A DNA stretch of 64,000 nt, taken from a virus. The stretch lies in IMG/VR virus record IMGVR_UViG_3300021425_002093, positions 1 to 64,000 of that record, one strand, 5' to 3'. This document shows, piece by piece, positions 9,855-16,793 of the stretch. The translations under genes were made by a program, and so were the position numbers. Under the pieces are notes generated by a model. It searched no databases and was not told where the DNA came from. It saw nothing but the letters and a program-made list of their open reading frames with translations. The stretch's first letter is position 1. Each line of letters starts with the position of its first letter.

Positions 9855-10039
9855 TATTCGATGCCCAACTCTTGTGCTTGATCAGCCAATTCTTGCAGTG
9901 CGAATTCTTGCTGTGCTTTTTCAAAAAGCAATTTAGCGAATCGTTGAATCGCCTCTTTAGCATAGTCGTCCAGTTCATTCCAACATCCATCTGCGGTCAA
10001 ACCAGATTCGTACATGCAGTGTTCAATTAGTTCGTTCAT
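9854..10039 (-). CDS. hypothetical protein
   Basis: Tightly coupled minus-strand ORF. Confidence 0.6.
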   Translation of the reverse strand: MNELIEHCMYESGLTADGCWNELDDYAKEAIQRFAKLLFEKAQQEFALQELADQAQELGIE

Positions 10040-10046
10040 TACTCAC

Positions 10047-10379
10047 TCACCACTCAATCTCCCGCCAGTCTGTGTCTTCTGGCATTAGTGTAATTTGACC
10101 TTCAAATGCTTCGTTCTCTTTGAGTTGATTATACACTCCACTGTTAGCCATTGTCAAGCGATAACCTTTGCGATAGCACTTGTATACTGATCCACTTGCG
10201 CCATAGAACTCCCAGTGATGAGGTTTCTCTTCAACACGGGTGATGCCGCTGTTCATCCGCCAACTGTCGCCGTCAAGATAACCGCCTGACCATCCAGCAA
10301 GAACTTTGTAGAATCCACGGTCGTACTTACCTTCTTTGATTTTCAGTATGACCCAGCTATCGGGATAATAGTCACTCAT
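10047..10379 (-). CDS. conserved phage hypothetical protein
   Basis: YKVLAGWSGGYLDGDSWRMNSGI motif common in large phages. Confidence 0.75.
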   Translation of the reverse strand: MSDYYPDSWVILKIKEGKYDRGFYKVLAGWSGGYLDGDSWRMNSGITRVEEKPHHWEFYGASGSVYKCYRKGYRLTMANSGVYNQLKENEAFEGQITLMPEDTDWREIEW

Positions 10380-10539
10380 CTTTCTTTCTCAATACTATTT
10401 GACCATTTTTGTCTAGCCATTCCAGCGTGTCGCCTTCTTGCCACCTAAGTTCTTTCAGCATATCATCAGGAAAGGGCAATATCAAATCTCCCGTTTCTGG
10501 ATCTTCCTCTAGTCTAACAACCCGCTGATTCTTGTTCAT
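10372..10539 (-). CDS. AbrB/MazE-like small DNA-binding protein
   Basis: MNKNQRVVRLEEDPETGDLILPFPDDMLKELRWQEGDTLEW...; below ORF cutoff. Confidence 0.65.
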   Translation of the reverse strand: MNKNQRVVRLEEDPETGDLILPFPDDMLKELRWQEGDTLEWLDKNGQIVLRKKDE

Positions 10540-10832
10540 CATTTCATCTTAGCAATAAAACTGTCATCAGCAGAACGAAGGTGTGTCACTGTCAAAAACC
10601 GCTTGTCATCCAAACCACCAAGAATCTCATCAAAGTAAATTTTAGAATCGACTGCCACATACGGACCACCGCTTGGATCGAACATGCCAAGATCATTCGG
10701 ATCAAGTTTTTCTTGACCTTCTTTACCACCAATACGACAATACTTCATTGAGTCACCTTCCATCACGAACTTGTACTCATCGTCATTGAGTTTTTCCCAA
10801 TGATATTCATCACCATAACGATTTTTCATCAC
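10539..10832 (-). CDS. conserved phage hypothetical protein
   Basis: KNRYGD...FDPSGGPYV. Confidence 0.7.
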   Translation of the reverse strand: MMKNRYGDEYHWEKLNDDEYKFVMEGDSMKYCRIGGKEGQEKLDPNDLGMFDPSGGPYVAVDSKIYFDEILGGLDDKRFLTVTHLRSADDSFIAKMK

Positions 10833-11111
10833 TCACTCTCCATTCCACTCATAACCCAAGTTCTTAGCTCTAGTCTTGGCATATTCGCACAAATCATTGA
10901 GTGAAGTTAGTAACTCCTCAACATCGTCAAAGTGGCACTCTTGAATCTCGTTTTTAACACATAGCGATTCTAGAGTATTGTCCACCATCTCTTTTAACAA
11001 GAAACTTTCTTCCAAAGAAGGTTCGCAATGATTACCAAACCAGATCCCAACGCTGACAGTTCCGTCCTCGTTCAACCAAGGTGAACAATCAATTTCTAAA
11101 TTAACTTTCAT
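10833..11111 (-). CDS. hypothetical protein
   Basis: Likely start MKVNLEID overlapping the end of the upstream ORF. Confidence 0.6.
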   Translation of the reverse strand: MKVNLEIDCSPWLNEDGTVSVGIWFGNHCEPSLEESFLLKEMVDNTLESLCVKNEIQECHFDDVEELLTSLNDLCEYAKTRAKNLGYEWNGE

Positions 11112-11364
11112 GGGAGCTTTTACCTCGCTGATGATACTCTTTACACACATCTTCGAATGTATCCCACAATTGTTGAAACTTGAGTTCATACAATTCTTTG
11201 ATTGCAAAGTATTTGTTCATCATAGCATCACATGCTTGAGGACTAAAATGACTACCATCCCAATCAGGCGAATCGACAAAATGTTGAGTGACTAGATTAA
11301 TCTCATCAGTCACTTTCCAACATTCTAAAAGCTGTTGCTCTAAGTCAAAAATTGGATTGCTCAT
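11101..11364 (-). CDS. hypothetical protein
   Basis: FDLEQQLLECW...YELKFQQLWDTFE. Confidence 0.7.
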   Translation of the reverse strand: MSNPIFDLEQQLLECWKVTDEINLVTQHFVDSPDWDGSHFSPQACDAMMNKYFAIKELYELKFQQLWDTFEDVCKEYHQRGKSSHES

Positions 11365-11614
11365 ATTCTATCCACTCATCCATTTGTTCTAAGGATACAC
11401 CCCAGTGCAATTTAAATGCTTTACTGTCTGATCGCTGACCATATAAGCCTGCGCTGTGCTCCGGATCGTAGAGACTTTTTGATTCTTCTTCGGACCTACG
11501 ATCAGGGAGACTAGATAGTTCTATACACCTTGTTGCCCATCTTAATTGAGCCAAGGTCGCTTCCATTTTGTTTTTAAGATGCTCTATATCTTTGGCACGT
11601 TGTTCTTTGTTCAT
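11345..11614 (-). CDS. hypothetical protein
   Basis: 89-aa ORF with AAGGTG RBS. Confidence 0.6.
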   Translation of the reverse strand: MNKEQRAKDIEHLKNKMEATLAQLRWATRCIELSSLPDRRSEEESKSLYDPEHSAGLYGQRSDSKAFKLHWGVSLEQMDEWIEYEQSNF

Positions 11615-11624
11615 ATCAACACCT

Positions 11625-12023
11625 TTATTGAATTAATAACGTTTGAGCTAAATTTAGACAAACACTTGTCCCCGTTACTGCACTACCTATCATGATAGCT
11701 TTGTCATTCCAGCTAGCGCCTACGTAGATCCAACATATAGCCGCTATAGCGTATTGGATTTGACCGAGTTGAGTCAATCCAGCGCTCATTAGAAACACCC
11801 CAACTATACTTAGGACAGTCGCAACCCATTTCACATAAGAATCAATTGTACCCGTTGGAGTCGCAGGAGAAAGATCCTCAACCTGCATTTGCAACTCTTC
11901 CATCTCTTGACGGAGACGACTTCGCTCAGCATTGAGTTCCATCGCAAGACGGCCAGCTTTACTCATCTGGCTATCACGATATTGCTCTTTGACCTCTTCT
12001 TTGATTTCGACTTGGGTGCTCAT
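11625..12023 (-). CDS. membrane protein, paralog of 17659-17925
   Basis: DSYVKWVAT...WNDKAIM; about 3 TM segments. Confidence 0.7.
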   Translation of the reverse strand: MSTQVEIKEEVKEQYRDSQMSKAGRLAMELNAERSRLRQEMEELQMQVEDLSPATPTGTIDSYVKWVATVLSIVGVFLMSAGLTQLGQIQYAIAAICWIYVGASWNDKAIMIGSAVTGTSVCLNLAQTLLIQ

Positions 12024-12026
12024 GTC

Positions 12027-12263
12027 TTAAAAAGATTCGTTTTCCATTTCCCAGCAATTAATTACATGAGAGTACCCCATGTTCATCGGACTGTACTCAT
12101 TCATATTGTCCCAGAAATCCCGAACGCTGTCAATCTGTTCTCGGGTTAATTCTGAAACTTCTTCAACTTCGAAAAACTCGCAGACATGCCAAGTGACATG
12201 ATCAATAACCGTTTGCTCGACTTGCTCTTCTGCTTTGTACATCTTTGGCCAATCATATGACAT
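12027..12263 (-). CDS. hypothetical protein
   Basis: Start MSYDWP with GAGGA RBS; the ORF-track GTG start lies inside a predicted RNA stem. Confidence 0.65.
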   Translation of the reverse strand: MSYDWPKMYKAEEQVEQTVIDHVTWHVCEFFEVEEVSELTREQIDSVRDFWDNMNEYSPMNMGYSHVINCWEMENESF

Positions 12264-12281
12264 TATATATTCCTCATTAGG

Positions 12282-12384
12282 TTGTCTCACCCTGTCTCCG
12301 GCTGGAATGAAGCGTAAGCAGCAATCAACAACAGGTTCAGTTTATCTCGCAATGTCAAAACGTCAGGCATACGCCGTGAGACAA
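12282..12384 (-). ncRNA. candidate structured RNA immediately 3' of tRNA-Arg
   Basis: Perfect 9-bp closing stem TTGTCTCAC/GTGAGACAA with internal helices. Confidence 0.45.
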
Positions 12385-12387
12385 ATT

Positions 12388-12465
12388 TGGCCTCCCGAGT
12401 AGGACTCGAACCTACAACCTACAGCTTAGAAGGCTGTTGCACTATCCGAATTGTGCTATCGGGAG
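12388..12465 (-). tRNA. tRNA-Arg(UCU)
   Basis: CTCCCGA/TCGGGAG acceptor stem; ACAGC-CTTCTAA-GCTGT anticodon arm; GGTTCGAGTCC; encoded CCA. Confidence 0.95.
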
Positions 12466-12473
12466 ATAATACT

Positions 12474-13160
12474 TCACTCTGCCTCTTGCTCAAAGTGTTC
12501 ACGAACGGATTCCTCAAGCCACTTCTGAGTTTGCTCATTGTAGTGACTTTCAATGTACTGATCAGCGTATCCGACTTCACTATAAAAAGCCTTACCAGTA
12601 GTGTCCGCCCAATCCCAGTTGACCTCAATCTCTTCGCCATCGTAATAATAATTATTTACAAGGCTACAAAGATTTGATTCTACAATTGAGACTGCGAATT
12701 TTTCGGGATCAAACTCACCTTCGAGTTCAAGTTCGATTGAACCGAACCCACCCTTTTCTGAGCTATGACAAGATAGCGTTGGAGTCCACTCTAAGGGGGT
12801 GCCATCGTATGCTTCTTTTCGATCATTGTCTTCTGAGACATAGCACTCTTGACCATACAGAATATCATACTCGTATCGACCAACCTCCTCGACTTCGTTA
12901 CCTTCTTCGTCGAGACGCCAGACAGAGTAATCGTTGTCAGCGTAGGGGCCGGACAGATGCATGATATCACTAAACTCAAACCAAGAGTTATGGTACTCTC
13001 CATTTGCAAATGGAGTGCTTTCGTCTTCGGGATCATCCAGATAAGCAATGAGTTCATCTGGGTCATCATGATTTTGGTAAAACTCTAAAAACTCTTGAGT
13101 GATTTTACCTATTGTCAACTCACCACCGTAACGTCCGGTGTCAATTCTATATCGATTCAT
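12474..13160 (-). CDS. acidic conserved phage hypothetical protein
   Basis: MNRYRIDTGRYGGELTIG...SSEKGGF...DTTGKA; AAGGA RBS. Confidence 0.75.
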   Translation of the reverse strand: MNRYRIDTGRYGGELTIGKITQEFLEFYQNHDDPDELIAYLDDPEDESTPFANGEYHNSWFEFSDIMHLSGPYADNDYSVWRLDEEGNEVEEVGRYEYDILYGQECYVSEDNDRKEAYDGTPLEWTPTLSCHSSEKGGFGSIELELEGEFDPEKFAVSIVESNLCSLVNNYYYDGEEIEVNWDWADTTGKAFYSEVGYADQYIESHYNEQTQKWLEESVREHFEQEAE

Positions 13161-13170
13161 AACGATTTCC

Positions 13171-13404
13171 TTATTGGTTAGCAAAACCTCCAAATTCCAT
13201 TTCAAAGTTTTGAGCAGCCTCTATAAACTCGAAATGAAAAGTGTCCTCGTATGGAGCAGTGTTCTTACGATAACTCCAACTCTCTCTGGGAAGGCAACTC
13301 TTGCACCAGTGCTTTCCTTCTGAACTCACATCACTATGTAGTCTTACAGCATAGCCGGGCATCCAGTTAGACTTGTGTGATTGTACTTGTTGCGGTGTAT
13401 TCAT
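13171..13404 (-). CDS. hypothetical protein
   Basis: VRLHSD...YEDTFHFE. Confidence 0.7.
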   Translation of the reverse strand: MNTPQQVQSHKSNWMPGYAVRLHSDVSSEGKHWCKSCLPRESWSYRKNTAPYEDTFHFEFIEAAQNFEMEFGGFANQ

Positions 13405-13913
13405 CTTGCGCTCTTTCCATAAAAAAGATGATTGCCTATATCAGCAACTACATTATAGTGCATATTCCACCATGGGTCAACATGTTTTGCGTGATAATGT
13501 GTGGCACCCATCGTGTTATCTATAAACTGTCCATCCATGATTCCTTGCGCTAACATGAGCGCTTTTTCGTAGGCGGGATAATCTTCGATTTCATCTGCTA
13601 CACCGTCACAATACCAACTAAACTGGCAAGCGTGACGTACAGGAACTCTTTTCTGATGGACTTCTTCCCACCACTTACTATACTTCGCTTGATAAACGAC
13701 ATCACATACGTTATCAGGAAATCTTTTACTCTTAACTCGATTGAGCGTCACGTATCCAACTGCGATTCTTCCTTCAACAGCCTCACCACGTGCTTCAAAA
13801 TAAATGTTCTGTGCTAAGCACTCAATTTCAGATACAGCTTCAGATTCACTATTTGCATAACCAAAAAGAGGTAATAACAACATGCATAACATTAAACATT
13901 TCAGATTATTCAT
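13401..13913 (-). CDS. cell wall hydrolase, SleB/Hydrolase_2 family
   Basis: CLAQNIYFEARGE, VTLNRV, CQFSWYCDG, GATHYHA, IGNHLFY; signal peptide. Confidence 0.93.
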   Translation of the reverse strand: MNNLKCLMLCMLLLPLFGYANSESEAVSEIECLAQNIYFEARGEAVEGRIAVGYVTLNRVKSKRFPDNVCDVVYQAKYSKWWEEVHQKRVPVRHACQFSWYCDGVADEIEDYPAYEKALMLAQGIMDGQFIDNTMGATHYHAKHVDPWWNMHYNVVADIGNHLFYGKSAR

Positions 13914-13930
13914 CTTAGTGTCCTCTGTTA

Positions 13931-13949
13931 GCGGGGGATATACCCCCGC
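13931..13949. terminator. GC-rich hairpin (terminator or processing stem)
   Basis: GCGGGGG-ATATA-CCCCCGC between two ORFs; no clear U tract. Confidence 0.5.
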
Positions 13950-13954
13950 ACTAT

Positions 13955-14239
13955 TTACTTAGACTCTACAAATTCGTAAAGTTCTTTTGCTCTGCGATTG
14001 ATTTGATCGCTCGTAGGCATGGTTGGAATTGCAGCTAATAGATCATTTGCAACGATCTTTAATGCATCAGCGGCTTCTTTTGCTTCTTTTGGATAGACAC
14101 CAATCTGACCAATCTTCTCTTCAAACTGATTGAATAGTGCCCAGAATGAATTCATAAGAACCTCATACTGTTGCATCTCAAGATCACGAGCCATTTGTAG
14201 TACATCGAACCGAAGTTCGTAAGGGGTTTTGTTTGGCAT
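13955..14239 (-). CDS. conserved T4-like hypothetical protein
   Basis: KTPYELRFDVLQMARD...AKELYEFV; GGAGG RBS. Confidence 0.8.
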   Translation of the reverse strand: MPNKTPYELRFDVLQMARDLEMQQYEVLMNSFWALFNQFEEKIGQIGVYPKEAKEAADALKIVANDLLAAIPTMPTSDQINRRAKELYEFVESK

Positions 14240-14264
14240 AATAGCCTCCTGTGTGTTGTGTGTG

Positions 14265-14596
14265 TAGTGGTCCGTTGGGTAACAAGGTGGACCAAACCCC
14301 GCAGAGCTTAAGCCGCTAGTGCGACATCTCCGTAGTAATCGTCATTTGCTGCGATTATTTTTTTGAACCCTGTTTTTACAGACGGCGTTCATCGTCTGAT
14401 CCTCAGTATTGCTTTTGGTCGTCCGTCGAATCTATAACGCCCCCATCAGATAAACACTGTGTCGGATTTCCACCCACATACCCGGCGGCCGGGATCTTGA
14501 TCGTAGACTAAAATGACTACTCTTTAGATCAACAGTGTTCATCTGGTGGAGGCGAGGGGATTTGCACCCCTGTCCGCACTTCCTAATGACAACACG
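14265..14596 (-). ncRNA. ssrA: two-piece (circularly permuted) tmRNA
   Basis: Acceptor piece GGACAGGGGTGCAAATCCCCTCGCCTCCACCA ends at 14544; coding piece starts GGGGGCG...GATTCGAC at 14444 (G3-U70, A73); tag frame (A)ANDDYYGDVALAA* at 14352-14308 after AAAAAAATAATC. Outer ends approximate. Confidence 0.93.
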
Positions 14597-14671
14597 TCAT
14601 CGAATACTAAAGTACATGGTGACTTCAAAGCCAGCACGTACATCAATTGCTTTAGGTTTTGTCCACTTCAT
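14597..14671 (-). CDS. pqqA: pyrroloquinoline quinone precursor peptide PqqA
   Basis: MKWTKPKAIDVRAGFEVTMYFSIR*, 24 aa; WTKP...GFEVTMY with the E-x3-Y core; TAAGGAGGT RBS. Confidence 0.92.
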   Translation of the reverse strand: MKWTKPKAIDVRAGFEVTMYFSIR

Positions 14672-14690
14672 AATAGTGACCTCCTTAGAG

Positions 14691-14698
14691 TATTTATA
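14691..14698 (-). promoter_or_regulatory. T4 late promoter for pqqA-ssrA
   Basis: TATAAATA about 20 nt upstream of the pqqA ATG. Confidence 0.8.
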
Positions 14699-14731
14699 TC
14701 AAACAAGAAGATCACTAACAAAACATATGCA

Positions 14732-14760
14732 ATATTACACTAAAATTACGTCTATGTCAA
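14732..14760 (-). promoter_or_regulatory. sigma70-like promoter for pqqA-ssrA
   Basis: TTGACA-17 nt-TAATAT. Confidence 0.65.
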
Positions 14761-14996
14761 GAGATTAGATCTTCTGTTATCAAGATATCTTGTACGCCAT
14801 TAAAGTACTTAGTCAGCGTTGACAACTTTTCATCAGCTTCAGCCAGTTTGACTAACTCGGATTCTACTGCTTCCATGATATCAGGATGCTCTCCGATTCC
14901 AACCGGATGGGTTAGATACACTTCAATGTTTACTTTATGATACTCAATTTCGCCTTCAAGCTTGCGTATCATTGCTGAGATAATCTGTGATCTCAT
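14757..14996 (-). CDS. conserved phage hypothetical protein
   Basis: VNIEVYLTHPVGIGEHPDIMEAVESE. Confidence 0.8.
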   Translation of the reverse strand: MRSQIISAMIRKLEGEIEYHKVNIEVYLTHPVGIGEHPDIMEAVESELVKLAEADEKLSTLTKYFNGVQDILITEDLIS

Positions 14997-15140
14997 AGGT
15001 CAAAACTCCTTAGACGGTTATTAAAATATATGGCAGACTTCGTTTGACGGGAGCTACCCGAACGCATTGTTTATATTGGTCGGGGCCTGCCAGCCCTTCC
15101 TCACCGCACTCTCAGAGTTAGCGCAGATAACTCCTGCAGA

Positions 15141-15217
15141 TGGCTCCCGAGGTAGGATTCGAACCTACGACATGCAAATTAACAGTTTGCCGCTACTACC
15201 AACTGAGCTACTCGGGA
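15141..15217 (-). tRNA. tRNA-Asn(GUU)
   Basis: TCCCGAG/CTCGGGA stem; GCAAA-CTGTTAA-TTTGC; GGTTCGAATCC; CCA. Confidence 0.95.
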
Positions 15218-15546
15218 ATATTAACTAAACCTGCGTGTACTTCTGAATGACAATTGCCACATAACATCACGCATTTATCTAACTCTTCTTTTATCGACTC
15301 CCATTTTCTGGTGTGTCCATGAGAAGAGATGCCGAAATCTTTTTCGTCTGGATCACGATGATGGAATTGTAACGCTCCAACATACTTATCGTATCCACAT
15401 ATCGAACAAGCGCCGCCCATATACTCAACTGCTTTAAGTTTCAGATTCTTTCTGAATCTATCTACAGCCGCTTTGTTCTTACATTTAACAGAGCAGTACT
15501 TTCTTACTGCTTCATTTTCACACAAGTGCCAAGAACATTTTTCCAT
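15208..15546 (-). CDS. HNH (homing) endonuclease
   Basis: CSICGY, LQFHHRDP, LCGNCHSEVH; late promoter at 15585-15592. Confidence 0.88.
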   Translation of the reverse strand: MEKCSWHLCENEAVRKYCSVKCKNKAAVDRFRKNLKLKAVEYMGGACSICGYDKYVGALQFHHRDPDEKDFGISSHGHTRKWESIKEELDKCVMLCGNCHSEVHAGLVNIPE

Positions 15547-15615
15547 CTCTAATCTCCTTAATGATTAACATCGAATGCTAATCGTATTTATAAAATTAGA
15601 GAATTCAAGGCGGAA

Positions 15616-15753
15616 TTAATCTTTCTTCCATCCTTGACGCTTCCATCGATCTAGCGTCTCTTGATGAATTGCTTTATGAGAATAGTAAAAAGCAAGTCCA
15701 CCAAATACCATCGGGCATAAGAAGATCGCAAGTAATCCAACTTCACCTGGCAT
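15616..15753 (-). CDS. 45-aa membrane peptide
   Basis: MPGEVGLLAIFLCPMVFGGLAFYYSHK...; TAATG coupling to the upstream ORF. Confidence 0.55.
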   Translation of the reverse strand: MPGEVGLLAIFLCPMVFGGLAFYYSHKAIHQETLDRWKRQGWKKD

Positions 15754-16085
15754 TATCCTTCTTTCTCCAAATCCCAAACACATCGATTCTTCTTTCGATT
15801 AAACTGATGACGTTGAACCCAAAGATGACCGTTCTTCTCTGCATCTTCAAAAAGAAGACCTGTCATGAAGAATCCTCCCACAACTAGGAGATGTCCACCG
15901 ACACTGTAGATGCCCCAGTAGATAGTGTATCCAGCCCATAGTGTAAAGATGACTGTCCACATTACTGAAAGATAGAACATCAAAATGAACTGCGTGTATG
16001 GACTCGGAATATGACGTAAAGGATTCACCTTCAAATCAAAAAAGAACCGATACAAATCATAAATCCAAAACCCAATTGTTTTCAT
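15753..16085 (-). CDS. membrane hypothetical protein
   Basis: Start MKTIGFW with AAGGAG RBS; NPLRHIPS...LSVMW. Confidence 0.75.
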   Translation of the reverse strand: MKTIGFWIYDLYRFFFDLKVNPLRHIPSPYTQFILMFYLSVMWTVIFTLWAGYTIYWGIYSVGGHLLVVGGFFMTGLLFEDAEKNGHLWVQRHQFNRKKNRCVWDLEKEG

Positions 16086-16100
16086 TACTTTCTCCTTAAA

Positions 16101-16175
16101 TGGTGCCGCCACCAAGAATCGAACTTGGTTCTGAGGTTTACAAGACCCCTGCATCACCATTTATGCTTTGGCGGC
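16101..16175 (-). tRNA. tRNA-Thr(UGU)
   Basis: GCCGCCA/TGGCGGC stem; GGGGT-CTTGTAA-ACCTC; GTTCGATTC; ACCA. Confidence 0.93.
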
Positions 16176-16213
16176 TAATAACTTTTACCTTTAGATAGCG
16201 ACAAAAATGTACA

Positions 16214-16792
16214 CTATTCTGTTAGAAGAAACTCTAACATGCTGTTTTCAGTTTCGCTCTGCCAATCACTCACAAATTCCCAGACAAGGTCATGGTAAAG
16301 TTCACCATCATCTGAAAACTCTTCTTCTTCTGAATCCCAAAGCTCTTTTAGAGACTTGTCTTTTTCGATTAAGATATCTCGAATTTCATAATCATCTAAT
16401 TCTTCTTTATCTTCAAGACCGTCAGCAGTGTAAACTTCGACACCAATAAAGTTAGGCATTTCGTCCGCATAGTAATATGTTGCGATAACCTTCTCATCTA
16501 CTTCCGCAATTTTATTTACTAAATCTTCAACAAAAGTACTTACAGGGCTCCAAGCAGAGTACATAGAAATTCCGCTTGTATCATAGTCTTGAACATATGC
16601 CCACTTGGCCCCAAGTTCTTCAGTTGCAGTTCCACGATCTACACTATCTAAAGAATCGTGATATGCGTATGCTAAATGAATTTCACCCTTTTCGGAATAC
16701 TTATCAAAACGATTAAGAGTTTCTTCAAGCTTTTTTACACCAGCATCGCTAATTCTAACAAACCTTAAATAAGAGTCTACATGATTAGCCAT
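16214..16792 (-). CDS. acidic hypothetical protein (YubB/DUF1281-like)
   Basis: MANHV...GAKW...SAWSP. Confidence 0.7.
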   Translation of the reverse strand: MANHVDSYLRFVRISDAGVKKLEETLNRFDKYSEKGEIHLAYAYHDSLDSVDRGTATEELGAKWAYVQDYDTSGISMYSAWSPVSTFVEDLVNKIAEVDEKVIATYYYADEMPNFIGVEVYTADGLEDKEELDDYEIRDILIEKDKSLKELWDSEEEEFSDDGELYHDLVWEFVSDWQSETENSMLEFLLTE

Positions 16793-16793
16793 T

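Noticed and set aside
12387-12677. Plus-strand 96-aa ORF (MASRVGLEPTTYSLEG)
   Set aside because: Translation of the reverse complement of tRNA-Arg.
14249-14265. (CA)n-like tract before the RBS of 13955-14239
   Set aside because: Too short to call a repeat element; probably an unstructured translational enhancer.
14440-14545. Possible hammerhead ribozyme (CUGAUG and GAAA) in the tmRNA spacer
   Set aside because: The core reads CUGAUGG rather than CUGANGA, and the stems do not fit the topology.
14535-14768. Plus-strand ORFs over ssrA and pqqA
   Set aside because: Antisense to the tmRNA acceptor and pqqA, which have much stronger support.
16086-16160. N-terminal extension of ORF 15753-16160
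   Set aside because: Lies within tRNA-Thr; the likely start is 16085, which has an RBS.
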